NCBI GenBank assembly: GCA_043228905.1
Contig: JBHGNT010000006.1
Coordinates: 13,888,001 to 13,952,000, forward strand
From: Azolla caroliniana
Lineage: Eukaryota > Plantae > Polypodiophyta
Direction: 5' to 3'
Length of the DNA stretch: 64,000 nt
Under the pieces are notes generated by a model. It saw only the letters and a program-made list of their open reading frames with translations, searched no databases and was not told the origin of the DNA. The position numbers and the translations under genes are program-made. Positions within the stretch are counted from its first letter, which is position 1. Every line of letters starts with the position of its first letter. Positions 24,325 to 38,155 of the stretch are shown here, one piece after another.

Positions 24325-27300
24325 AAAACACACTGTTTTCTAAATTTATATGAATACTTTGTGCTCTGTATCTACAACGCGCTCATCAACGCTATTTATA
24401 CAAGTCCACACGGGACTGTTAGAAGTACGGTGTACTTCAATGCTCACACGAGCATCTGACACTAACTACGAGACTATAACTGCCTAGTAGTCTAACCTAT
24501 ACTAGGCTTCCGGTTACGGCTTGGATCTGGCATACCGGCTCCCCAGCTCACCGGTCCTTACTGCTTACCGGCTCGGTTGCTCACCGGCATACCAATTCAT
24601 CTCGCTTGCCGGCTCAAGCTTATTCAGCTGATCCAGCTCCAGTTGAGCTTGCCGCTCAACACTCCCCCTCAAGCTCAACCTGAGGTAGGGTCGTAGTGTC
24701 AACCTCTGTGGCAGCCGGTTCTTCCAACCGACTTCTCCTAGCTTCACTTCGCCTTGCTCGCGCTCCTTGTCCGGTCTGGTCCCGTTTGCCGCAACCCCTT
24801 TGGTTCTACGTGCCTCGACCTTCGGCATGTCTACTCAATAGGCCCATCTCAGCTCCTTCGCTGCTATGACTCCGGCACTTGCCAATCTGTCAGTTCCACC
24901 GTGATGGTATCGACTTCCGCTGCGTCCGTGTCTCCTTGGCCTCTCGTTGATCCAACTCATCCGGATCCGTCTGTTGATCCGAATCGGATGTCTCCGACTC
25001 GTTCCAGCTCGTGTCTGAATCGGTATCCTCTGATTCGATTTTCGGCTTCAGGCCTCTCACCACATTGGACCACGTCCGGGTCTTGGCCTTCTCCGTGCTT
25101 CCCTTGGCTTCTTCAGTCGGTTCACCGAAGTCGAATTCTTCATTCGACTCCGCATCATGGCCATTACGATCGTGATGACCTCTGCATAGCATGCACTTCT
25201 CTTCCTGAGTGTACACTTCTTCTTCAGAGGCGCTCACTCCGACTTGTTCGGATGTGCCGACTTCCTTCGTCAACTCGGCTTCATTTTTCTTCTTGTCTCC
25301 ACCTCTAACCATTCTTCTCTTACCTACGGGTTCAACAATTTTTTTGCCTTTGCCCGTATCGGTAGGGTCTTTGCCCTTGCGTCTCCCCCTCAAGTGCGGC
25401 ACGTCGAGATGCTGAACACCAAGCATTTCGGTAAAGTGTTGCAACTTATCCGACCCGAGCGGCTTGGTGAAGATGTCAACAACTTGCCGATCCGTGTGAA
25501 CATATCGTAGTTCAACTTCACTGCTCAGGACCCGCTCACGCACGAAGTGATAATGCACTTTTATGTGCTTTGTGTGAGCATGGAACACAGGGTTCTTGGC
25601 GAGCTGCATGCTGCTGAGGTTATCGCAGTAGATCAGGATCGGGGTCGGTACCTCAATCCGCAGGTCTTGCAGTAGTCGCCGAAGCCAAATGGTTTCGCAG
25701 GTGGCAATGGTCGCGCCTCGATATTTAGCCTCAGTGCTGGATAGAGCCACTGTTGGCTGCTTTTTGCTGCTCCACACAACAGCCACGCTCCCAAGAGAAA
25801 ACATAAAGCCGGAAGTTGAGCGATGATCCGTTGCATTGCCAGCCCAGTCAGCATCCATGTAGCCAACAAGCTCTTCGGTTATACCTTGCCGGTATAAGAG
25901 CGCTCGGTCCTTAGTGCCGCTTACATACCTCAGTATTCGTTGCGCGCATTGAAGGTGCTCCACGGTCGGCTTCTGCATGAATTGGCTTACCACTCCGACC
26001 GGATAGCTAATGTCGGGTCGGGTGATGGTCAAGTAGATCAGGCTTCCGACTATTTGTCGAAACCTTTTCTCATCGCAGGCTGGTCCGGAGTTGGGATGGA
26101 TCTTCTGATTCCGGTCCAGGGGTGTGGAGACAGGTCGACATTCCATCATGCCGAACTTGTACAGTATATTCAACACAAAATGGCGTTGAGAAAGAAATAT
26201 GCCGTCGGGGGTGCGGATCACCTCGATCCCCAAAAAATAATGAAGGTCCTCCAAGTCCTTCATATCGAATGCGTCCAACAACTGGGACTTGACGTGGTTG
26301 ATTTCCGGAAGACCTGGGCCGGTGATGACTAAATCATCAACATAGAGTAAGATACATACCGGACCGTTTGAGACTTGACGGATGAACAGGGAAGAGTCTG
26401 CCTTAGAGGCAACAAACCCCATCTTTCGCAACCGGTGCGTGATCTTAGCATTCCAAGCACGGGGGGCTCGCTTCAAGCCGTACAACGACTTCCTCAGCCG
26501 GCATACCACCGACTTGTTCACCTCCGACTGAAATCCGGGGGGTTGAGTCATAAAGACTTCTTCTTCAAGATCTCCTTGAAGGAAGGCATTCTTCACATCC
26601 ATCTGATGAAGATGCCACCCCCTTTCCGCAGCAACCGCCAATACCACATGAACCGTCGTCATCTTCGCTACAGGAGCGAAGGTCTCGTCGTAGTCGATTC
26701 CGTGGGTCTGCGCATATCCCTTCGCCACTAACTGGGCCTTGTGCCGGTTAACATTACCATCAGCATTGTACTTTACCTTGTACACCCACTTGCATCCGAT
26801 CGGTTTATAGTGACGGGGAGGGTCAACCAGGTCCCAAGTTCCGTTGGCATCCAGTGCCCGCATTTCTTTCTTCATAGCGGCACGCCAATTTGCATCCTTT
26901 GCCTCTTCTGCATAGCTCTCCGGCTCACGCACTTCCACGACCTTGGTCATGTACGCATAATGATGCGCCATGTACTCTTTATACCCGTACCGTTTAACGG
27001 GATCCTTCTGGCAGGTGGACCGGCGTAACTCACCGTTGCCTAGTATGAGACCCTTCTTGGCCAGTTCGGTCTTCGTTCCCGAAGATCTGCCTATGTCCTT
27101 GCCGAAGTCAGATATGCACCGATCCGACTCATCATTGCCAGTCTCGAATTCCGGCATCTTCTGCTTCCCTTTCTCTTTGCGTGTGAACCGTCTCCTCGGT
27201 TCCTTGCGCGGGGAGAGCACGACAGAGTCTCCACTACTCGTTGTCTCATCAGCCAACTGGTTGGACTGATCCAATCTCTCATTCGGTCCGCTTAACTGGA

Positions 27301-29811
27301 ATGATTCCAAACTCTCATCTTGAGTCCCAGCTTCATCTTTCTCTACCTGGGCCGGTTTAGGCTCACTAGTCCCATCCTCCGACATCGGGTCGGGATCGGA
27401 AGTCGGAGTTGGTAAGGAATACCATGATGCCGATTCATCAAACTCGACATCTCGGTTGACTCAGACCTACTTCGTCCGGGGGTTACAACACTTATACCCC
27501 TTTTGCTCTTGATCATAGCCGACTCAGATGCATTTTTCCGATTTTGCATCCAGCTTTCTCCGCTTCTCATCCGGCACATGTACATAGGCTATGCTGCCTA
27601 ATATCCGGAGGTGTCTCAAATTCGGCTTGCACCCGAAATATAGCTCGTGAGCTGACACCTTGTCCCCGATCCGGTTCTGGATGTAAACGGCCGTTTGGAC
27701 CGCCTCCGCACAGTAGACCTTGGGCATGCTCTTTTCCTCCAGCATTGCCCTAGCCGCGTCAATCAGCGACCGATTCTTCCTTTCGGCCACACCATTCTGT
27801 TGCGGTGTGTATTTGCAGCTGAATTCTCGCCGAATTCCTTTTTGTTGCAAATAGTTGTTGAATTGGCCGGAAAAGTACTCTTTTCCGCCATCCAACCATA
27901 GGCATTTGATCTTCCTCTCTGATTCCTGTTCCACCATCTTCTGGAGGCTCCGGAAACACTCGAAGACTTCGCTCTTCCACTCAATGAGGTAGATCCACAT
28001 ATGCCGCGTGTAGTCGTCGATGAAGGAGACGAAATATCGACTCCCGCCAATGCTAACATTTTGTGTCGGTCCCCACACATCCGAATGGATAAGATCAAGC
28101 TTGTTACGACTTCGATTTCTTTCGGTGGGGAATGGAAGCTGGTGTTGCTTCCCGAGTTGGCAGGCTTCACAAATTTGGGCTCTCCGACCGCTAAACTTCG
28201 CCAAACCGAAAACGACTTGTTCCGTTTGTAGGTCTTGAAGCCTCCGGTAGTTGACGTGGCCGATCCGCTTGTGCCACAGGTCGATATCGGACTCGACCTT
28301 CTGTCCTTTGGCGAACAGTGCGGTGCCGACATCATTGGTGTTGAGGATAAACATCCTCCCATCTCGGTGCCCTTGCGCAATAACTTCGCCCTCATCCTCA
28401 ATGAAGCACCCAAGGTGCGTAAACTACACCTACATCCCCTAGTCGACGATCTGTCCGACCGACACCAGGTTCTTCGTGATCGTCGAAACATGTAATACAT
28501 TCATCAGCTTCCCACTCTGTCCGACGTGGCTCAAAGGGACTTCTCCGACGTGCACGATCGGGTGAGGAGTGTTGTCTCCAAAACGGAGAACCACTCCCCG
28601 TGGCTCGTCATGTGGTTCGATGCGCTGGAGTCAACATACCACACTTCCTCCGATTTGGAAGTGGTCTTCTTCATTGAGTTTGCCTTGTGCTTCATCACCA
28701 AGGTTGGCCCCTTACCGTTCTTGGATCCTCCCGATCCGTTTGCATAGTGCGAGCTTTGCTGACCTTCCTTACCGGTCTTGCCGGATCCGGATTTGCCCGA
28801 ATCGGCACGCTTTCTCCAGCACTCGCTTTCCCTATGGCCCTTTTTGCCACAGTACCAGCATTCCGTAGCGGATTTGTCTTGCCGGCCTCCGGCACCACCT
28901 TGACTCCCTCTACTTGTGGAAGTCCTGGAACTGTTGTCGGCACGCTCATTGTGCCTTCGTTCTTGCTCTTGCCGGACTCCTCCATTGCGTGCCAACCTAC
29001 CTCGTCCACCACGCCCGCGGGACCGATCCTCTCCCGTGTACAGCATCCGGTTTTCTGGGGATGCACTGGTAGATGCACCAGCGTGGTTCTCCTCTACAAG
29101 GAGCATCGACTGTAAGTTGAAAAATGAGGGCGTATTCTCCCTTGTACAAACCGCAGTCCGGAAAGCTCCGAACTTGGACGCCAGGCCTCCAAGACCGACC
29201 TGCACCATCTCGTCTTCCTCTACGGTGACGTTAATAGAGGCAAGTGAGTCACAGATCCCTTTGATCCGGGCTGTGTAATCTGCCACCGACATGTTCTTCT
29301 GTCGAACATTGCTCAACTATTGTCTGAGTTGCAGCTTCCGGGCAGTGGTGCTTGCGGCGAAAACCTTTTTCAAGTTTCCCCAAGCATCCTTCGGTGTCTT
29401 GGGGTCACGGATATGGCTGAGCAGCTGGTCACCGACACTGGACCCGAAGCTATACATCACCCTGCTTCCCGCATGTTCCCACACTGGGAAGTCCTTGTGT
29501 GTCGTCTCCGGTGCTGAGCCGTTCACTCCGTCGACATAACTCCAGTAACCATGCCCAAGCAGGTACTGGTGCATATTGTATGACCAAGATGCATAGTTGG
29601 TTCTGTCGAGCTTCTCCACCGGGAGCGACGTAGCCATACCTCTGTCCATTTCTCCTTTTGTGTCTGCTTTCCGATCTGTTAGGGTTTCCTTCACAAGCGT
29701 AGATGTCTGCAACAGAGGTTCTCAACCCACGCACTCTGATACCATGTAAAAGATTGCTTGGAGAAGCGTTAGAAAGAACAATACACAAATTGAGAGAGAG
29801 AGAGTATGCGG

Positions 29812-29859
<48 letters not shown>

Positions 29860-30194
29860 AACACACTATTTTCTAAATTTATATGAATACTCTGTGCTCT
29901 GTATCTACAACACGCTCATCGGCGCTATTTATACAAGTCCACACGGGACTGTTAGAAGTACGGTGTACTTCAATGCTCACACGAGCATCTGACACTAACT
30001 ACGAGACTATAACTACCTAGTCGTCTAACCTATACTAGGCTTCCGGTTACGGATTGGATTCGGCATACTGGCTCCCCAGCTCACCGGTCCTTACTGCTTA
30101 CCAACTCGGTTGCTCACCGGCATACCGATTCATCTCGCTTGCCGGCTCAGGCTTATTCAGCCGATCCGGCTCCGGTTGAGCTTGCCGCTCAACA
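24218..30194 (-). mobile_element. Ty1/copia element D nested in the gag of copia A
   Basis: LTRs 24218-24661 and 29745-30194 (both with a GA microsatellite), TSD GCCTC, PBS tRNA-iMet at 29734-29744, PPT gagggggag. gag 28531-29712, integrase 27524-28354, and an open RT-RH ORF at 24890-27385. Confidence 0.95.
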
Positions 30195-30804
30195 GCCTCT
30201 TCCTCGGCCTCTTCTAGCACTATTGTAGAGGGCTTGCCCCTCAGTCTTAGAGTTTCCTTTGTTTACATCATCCAACTGATTTCTTTCTTCCATGGCAAGC
30301 ATTGAAACCAGATCTAGAAAACTTGGGATGTTATCCCTTGTGAGAATAGATGTTTTGAAGCTTTTATATTGAGGTCCTAAACCTCTTAAGCATATTTCCA
30401 CCTTATCATCATCTTCTACCTTCACATTAATGGAAGCAATTGATTCACATATGCTCTTTATTTTAAGAGCATACTCATTCACTGACATCTTACCTTTTTC
30501 CAAGGTATTTAGCTCAGTCTTCAACTGAAGCTTTCTAGCCTTTGTGTTTACTACAAACAGTTTTACCAAACTGTCCCAAGATTCTTTTGGAAGCAGAGCA
30601 TCTTGTATGTGTCCAAGCATCGAATCTCAGATGTTAAGTGACAGATAATGAAATACTTTCCTTTCCCCTTGATTCCATTCCTTAAATGCTTTAATCTGTG
30701 TAGCAGTTGCATTTTCCCAGTATAATCCCAGTATCCTTTTCCCATCAAGAAATTTGTCATTCTGAATTTCCACGCAGGGAAATTGTCTTTGTCCAACTTT
30801 TCTA

Positions 30805-31575
30805 TGACTATTTGGTTTCCATTCTTAGCAAACATTCTCTCTTTCAAATTAGGGCTTTTGCTATGATTAACTTCACAAACAACTCTTTCATTCAGATCTG
30901 CAACTAGAAACAAACTTCTTAGATCTGTACTATTCTAATCTTCTTTATGAGCAACTCTTCTCTTATACCATGTTACGAAGGCGCTCCGGCTCTTCTTTGT
31001 GCATAGCAGATCATGATGTGCTTGATCATTTAGTGCTCAAGACAGAAAGGGAAGGGGAAGGAGACTTACCTCTATGTAGCAAACCTAAAAGCTTCTTCTA
31101 TTTCATTACATGCAGAGCTCAACTCACTCTCGTTAGTTTTTTGTTCTCTACTTCTCTCACTCTTACAACTTACTACTCTTACTTTTTACTTTGTCACTAT
31201 TTGGCTTCCATTCTTAGTAGCCATTCTCTCTTTCAAATTAGGGATTTTGCTATGATTAACTTCAGAAACAACTCTCTGATTTAGATCTCCAACTAGAAAC
31301 AAACTTCTCAGATCTGTACTATTCTAATCTTCTTTATGAGCAACTCTTCTCTTATACCATGTTACGAAGGCGCTCCGGCTCCTCTTTGTGCATAGTTGAT
31401 CATGATGTGCTGGATCATTTAGTGCTCAAGACAGAAAGGGAAGGGGAAGGAGACTTACCTCTATGTAGCAAACCAAAAAGCTTCTTCTATTTCATTACAT
31501 GCAAAGCTCAACTCCCTCTCGCTAGTTTTTTATTCTCTACTTCTCTCACTCTTACAACTTACTACTCTTACTTTT
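30805..31575. repeat. Tandem duplication (about 390 bp) of the copia A U5-PBS-leader junction
   Basis: Near-identical blocks at about 30805-31190 and 31195-31575, each containing ttatacca|tgttacgaaggcgctcc. Confidence 0.9.
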
Positions 31576-32205
31576 TACCTAAGTTATAAGTGACTTATAT
31601 ATGCAGCTAATTAGCTATCAACAGCTAATTAGTTGTAAGTAGCTAAATTGTTCTACATAGCTAAATAGCTATTTCACCATTATGTCCACTAGTAGCTAAT
31701 TACCTAATAGCTACTATAGGTTATTTCTCAATAAGTGTTACCGGCCGGCAAGGAGTCCAAAATACGGAGTGAAGGAATTAATTAAGTATGGTTGTAATAA
31801 GCATAGTGTGGACGGACGGACTGGAAACGGTATGCCGTTCCAGATCCGGACGGATCCCGAATAGGTGCGAGAGGCACCGTTTTGTACTATGGGCCGGAAA
31901 CCTATTTAAAGGCCCGGACCCCATTGTAATCACAGCGGATAATTAATAGAGTTTATGATGTTTATACTTCTGTCTTGATTTCCGTTCTGTAATTACTGTT
32001 ATATCTTACGCGTGTAATTAACCAAAGCATTCTAATCGTGTAACTTACGTAAGTTGGTGTAATCGTTGAATCTGAATCCTATGCCGTAATCACCCTTTGG
32101 TGAAGTGTCTCCGTGACACCTTGTGTTAGGCCTTGTCCGGCTAAGCGAATAACACAGTTTTGGCGACCACGATTCCTGCTTTCTCGCAGCGAACGACGGT
32201 AATGG

Positions 32206-35200
32206 ATGACTAGACCAACGCACGACTTGGTTACAGACCGAGCTCGACGCCTCGCCGAACGGCAAAGACGGCGTGAGACTTTCCAGCAAGCAGCGCACGA
32301 AATTCGCTCGGATCGTTCGTTCTCCAACGAGATCCGGAGAGTCGCGGAGGAATCTCTTCGGTTACGGCAAACTCGTGACCAGGACGACGGAAGCAGTCTA
32401 AGTAGTCTCCGGGAAACCGAACGCCTCCTGGAGGCGCTGGCAAGCGGAGAAAACGAGGCAGAAGCCTTTTTAGCCTACGAATCGGATTCCGAAGGGGGAT
32501 ACAGCGTGCACACGAACTACCGGAGCAGCAACGATACCCCCGGCGGCCCGGAGGACGACGGGTCGGATACCGTGCCGACTCCAGAACCGGAACCACTCAA
32601 CCAGGGCTATCCGGAACCGCAAACGGAAGCCGTCAACCCACCAACACCGGAAGTGGAAGACGCAAAGCCACCGACACCAACGAAAGAGCCGGCAAAGGTA
32701 CCGGAAGAAGAGCCGGTAAAGGAACGGGAAAAAGCACCGGCAAAAGAACTGGAAGTGGAACCGGAGAGAAAACCGGAAAGATATCAACAAACGCCACTAA
32801 ACCGCGGCCTAATACTGGACGACGACATGCCGTTCCAATATTCAAAGTATCGCGATGATCCGGACGCGGAAGCGCATGTTCATGACTTCGAGCAGACGTG
32901 GGAAGCAAATCACACGTCCCAGCGAATGACACCGGAGGAAGAAGAACGCTCGAAGATAGCGGAATTCGGAGTCACGTTGGAGGGACCGGCGACACGATGG
33001 CGGCGGACGTAGGACCCGGCGACCATCACCACCTTTGCAGAATTAAAAGCAAAATTCTTGCATTTTTTCCACAAGGAGGTCGACCAGACGACAATGGTGG
33101 GCCTGTTTTATACGATCCGGCAGGAGGCAGGGGAAAGCATTCCCCAATTCGTCATCCGTTTCCAACGAATGCATAGCCAGCTTGCCCGTGCACCCCCGGA
33201 GGAGGAATTACGGACAATATTTTTAAATGCACTCCGGGAACCATTACGCACGGTGTGTACGGTGATCGACTTTCGAGGATGCACCATCGATCAGGTCATT
33301 GACCGGGTCAGAGAAATGGAAAAGACAAGCTCATGGCTTACGCTGGGAACACTGCAACGGGCGTTACCCACCGAGGAAGATCTCCGGTTCCGGCAGGCAA
33401 TTCAATGCACAATCTGCTTGAATGCCGGACACTCGGCAGTAGAGTGCACCATGCGCACTCAGTGTGTGATTTGTCAATCCAAGAGTCATACAACGGACCG
33501 GTGCGAGTATAACCTGTTAAACCGACAAGCACCACCCGTCCGACGGATCGAGCCAAGAAGCAGCCAAGACGAAGATGAAGATCGTTGGCAAAAAATGAAC
33601 CGGTACCGACCGGCACAGGATGTCCGGTACGGAGACAAGCAAGAGAGAGACAGGCAAGAGTATGATGGCCGGTACGGGAATCGGCGTGATAACTACGACC
33701 GGTATGAGCGATCGGACCGTTATCAGGAGCCCAACAGGCGACACGAGCAATACGACAGAGACCATTCCCCTGGTTACCGAAGGCACCAGGAGGACTACGG
33801 CCGATGTTACGATCCACCACGACCGGACTACCGAAATAAACATAAGAATAATAAGAAACGTAATTTCAAGAAAGGTGGTCACCCTAGGGACCCGGAACAT
33901 GGAACCCCAAGGAGCCAACCGGCACAGAACGCACCACTCGCTACGGGACCGACTCCGGCTACCAGCAATGCTGAATCCAGCAATACCCGTAAAGAGTACT
34001 GCTACTACTGCAGGCAGGAAGGCCACTACAGTAACCAGTGCCCGGTAAAGAGCTACGAGAAACGACCAGCAGTTAATATGGTGGTTCCGGAAGTGACGGA
34101 TGTACAGCAAGTAACCACACGGTCGAAAGGCATGGCCAAAGAGTGGGAAACACAAGAGGCCATACGGAAGCAGGCGACGGAATGGGTGAAGGAAGCCAAT
34201 GAAAGGAACGTCGCGGACGCGGATCGGCAAAAGGCCAATACCATAGGGAGTGCCGGCGGTAGCCACCCAGAAAACGAGACATGGCAAGCACTGCAAGAAT
34301 GTCAGATCACGTTGCCGTTAGGAAGACTCTTGCAGCTCGTGCCGCGATTTACGGAAGGACTAAAAACGGGCATGACAGACGGCATAGCCCCACCGGCACC
34401 AGTCCTCTTCTCGAACCCGGAGGAGGGACCGACGGTAGTGGACACTAGCAGTCCGGTGATTACAGCTATTGTCAAAGGGCACGAACTTCCCGGCACAGTA
34501 ATCGATGGAGGTTCCGGGGTGAACGTAATAAGCCTCCACACGTGTAATGCCTTGGGTATACATGAATGGGAGCCATGTCCGTTCTGGCTACGGATGGCGG
34601 ATACGAGCTCTGTACGGCCGACGGGCTTAATACGGAAATTGGAAGTCACCATAGGAGGTCACACATTCCACATCTCGGCTGTAGTGCTGCAGCTACAGAC
34701 GCAAGGCGCGTACCCACTGTTGCTGGGCAGACCATGGTTGAAAACAGCGCACATCAAGCAAAATTGGCGGAAAAATATGATTACCTTCCGGCGCGGAAAA
34801 GCCAAGGTCCGGATTCCGACACAACCACGGACGAGCAACGGTAAGGAATGCACACCGCTATATGCGGAATGCGTGAACATGCTGGAAGGGTTGGCAGACG
34901 ACGAAGAAGCCCAGTACTTGGAGGAACACCCGAAGATCGTACCACTCTTCGAGATAGACGTGGCTGAAGCCGTAGCGCCATACTTGCCGCAGCGGGACGA
35001 AACCGAGGCCGAACCAGACAAAGATGCGATTCAGGAATTACGGCAAGCACAGGAAGCGTTGGAACGAGAAATGGCCGTTTCCCAACGGGTAAAAGCATCC
35101 AAGCTCGACGAAGTAAACCTAGGAAGCAAGGACGAATCAAAGCCGGTACACATCGCCAAAGAAATGAAGCCGGAAGATAAAGCGGTGATGATCAAACTTC

Positions 35201-38073
35201 TCACGGAGTTTCGCGACGTATTCGCCTGGTCATACGAAGACATGCGAGGGCTGGACCCTCAATTATATCAGCATTAGATCCACTTAGGCAAGGACGCGAA
35301 ACCAGTGGCGCAACGACGTTACCGAATGAACCCCAACTACGCCGCCAAAGTGAAGGAGGAAATCGACAAACTCCTAAGAGTGGGCTTCATCCGGCCGGTA
35401 AAGAAAGCGACGTGGCTGAGCCCCATCGTCGTCGTTCCCAAGAAGAACGGTAAAATCCGCGTGTGTGTAGATTACAGGAAACTAAATGCCGCCACAATTA
35501 CGGATGCATTCCCTCTTCCGTTCACGGATGGAGTACTGGATGCCGTCGCCGGCCATGAAGTTTATAGCTTTTTAGACGGCTTCAGCGGATACAATCAAAT
35601 CCGGATGCACCCCGACGACCAGGAGAAGACAGCGTTCGTCACCGAATGGGGGGTGTTTGTGGCCGAAGTAATGATGTTCGGCCTAAAAACGGCACCAGCA
35701 ACATTCCAGCGAATCATCATGGAGATCTTCGGCGAATACATTCCTGCCTTCATGCAAGTTTTCCTGGATGATTTTGCAATCTATAGCCGGGGAAAAGACC
35801 ATTTGCAGCACCTACGGTTATGCCTTGAAAAGTGTAGGTTATACCGGCTAAGCTTAAACCCAGCAAAATGCATCTTTGGGGTTTCAAGTGGAATATTGTT
35901 GGGACACATTGTAAGTAAGGAGGGCATTGCGGTCGACCCGGACAAAGTAAACGCCATACTAGGGGCACCGGCGCCGAAAACGGCCAAAGCACTAAGCCGA
36001 TTCTTAGGACAGATCCGGTGGCACAGCCGGATGCTCCGTCACTTGGCTGACTTGGCTACACCATTACACACCGCGGTACATCGAACACCGTTCCAATGGA
36101 CGGATACGGAGGATAAGGCATACAATGCCCTGAAGGTACTTTTATCGCAAGCACCCGTCGTGCAGCCTCCGGATTGGAGCAAGGAATTTCATGTGTTCGT
36201 TGACGCTTCCGACATCGCTATCGGCAGCGCCTTAATGCAACTTACGGAGCCCAAATGGTACCGGCCGGTATATTACGCCAGCCGGAAGCTGTCCCAAGTG
36301 GAGAAGAACTATTCGACGACGGAACGGGAGGCCCTGGGCATGATTTACAGTGTCACAAAGTTTCGGCATTACCTATTGGAAAGGAAGTTCTCCTTTCATG
36401 TGGATCACTCGGCGCTCCTGTACTTAGTATCCAAGGCGTCCTTGACCGGTAAGTTGGCCCGTTGGACCTTGCTGTTGCAGGAGTTCGAATTCGAGATCTT
36501 CCACCGCCCCGGTATCCAGCATGCCGTAGCAGACTACCTGAGCCGGTTAGAGTCCGGAGAAGCAGGCGACGGAGTAGCGGATGAATTCCCGGACGCAGAG
36601 TTATTCCGTATCACCCCGGAAACGGCAGCAGACGACACGGTGGCATCAGAAGATAAATGGCTGACAAACATGCACCAGTTCCTAAGCACGGGCCTGCCAC
36701 CGGAGGAAATGAACCGGGACGAGAGGAAACGACTGGCGGTACAGAGCCGCAATTTCTGTCTGTTACGGGACACTCTCTACCACAAAGGAGCAGATGGAAT
36801 ATGGAGACGCGCAGTCCGTAGTGACGAGAAAGAAGTAATCTTACGGGAAGCACACTGTGGGGTTGCCGGAGGACACTATGCCGGGGAAGCGACGGCAAGA
36901 AAAGTATGGCAGAGCGGCTTATGGTGGCCCACGACGTTAAAAGACGCCGTCAAGTATGCTAAGGAATGTGACCTATGCCAACGAATGGGCCAGCCTACGG
37001 AGCAAGCACGGATGCCACACCAACCGGTACTTCCACTAGAGCCATTCCAGAAGTGGGGGTTGGATTTTGTCGGACCATTCAAGCCACCGGCAATGAGAAC
37101 GGGTAATCGTTACGTCATCGTGGCAACGGATTATTGCACTAAATGGGTGGAAGCTAAGGCCCTGAGAGACAACACCGCGTCATCCACAGCAAAATTCCTG
37201 TACGAAAACATTTGGTGCCGATATGGATGTCCGATTGAATTAATCAGCGACCAAGGAGGCCACTTCCTCGGCCAGGTAGTGGAAAGCTTAACAACGTTCT
37301 ATGCCGTGGTCCATAAACGAAGCACACCGTATTACCCACAGGCGAACGGGTTAGCAGAGTCCACCAACAAAACGCTGCAGAACATTCTCCGCAAAATTGT
37401 CAATGAAAACCGGACGGACTGGGACACAAAGCTCCATAGCGCGCTATGGGCGTACCGAACGGCATACAAAACAAGTATCCGGACAACGCCGTTCCGGCTA
37501 GCATTCGGCTTAGAAGCGGTCATGCCGGTCGAGTTTCAGGTACCAAGCTTACGAATCCAACTACGGGAACGGCTGAATGAAAAGAAGTCGGAGGAAATGC
37601 GGCTAGCAGCACTATGCGAACTGGAGGAGCAACGGCTGGCCAGCATCCTCCACATGGAACTGGAGCAACGACGACGGAAAGCGTTCGTTGACCGTCACCG
37701 GAAAGGTAACGAAAAGATGTTCGAAATCGGAAAGCCGGTTCTAGTATTCCAAACGAGGATGGGCAAAATGCCGGGTAAACTCCGGTTCAGATGGACAGGC
37801 CCGTATTGGCTGACAAGGGAATACAACGGGTCCTATCAGATAGGGACACTTGCCGGTGAAGTACTAGGCAAGTGGGTGAACAGATTTCGACTAAAGCCCT
37901 ATAAAGGACCGATGCCAAAGAACCCGTTTACGCAGCAAACCGGCACTATACCGGGATCGGTACGGATCGACCCGGAAGAAAAAGACGACGGGGAACCCGT
38001 AGCAGAGACGAAGGAAGACACAGCAACCCGTAAGGAAAACGGTAAGGGTCCGAAGGGACCTACGGATGTGTAA
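32206..38073 (+). CDS. Gypsy gag-pol polyprotein in a single frame with two in-frame TAG stops (33010 and 35275)
   Basis: Three CCHC knuckles, protease IDGGSG, RT (RVCVDYRKLN, FLDD), RNase H (DASD, DYLSR) and integrase (HHCC, DFVG, SDQG, NGLAE), in gypsy order. Confidence 0.92.
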
Positions 38074-38155
38074 GGTCACACACCGTCATTAAAAATAAAA
38101 ATAATAATAAAAATAAAAATAAAAAAAATCATTAAAAATCGAGGTATGAACGGGT

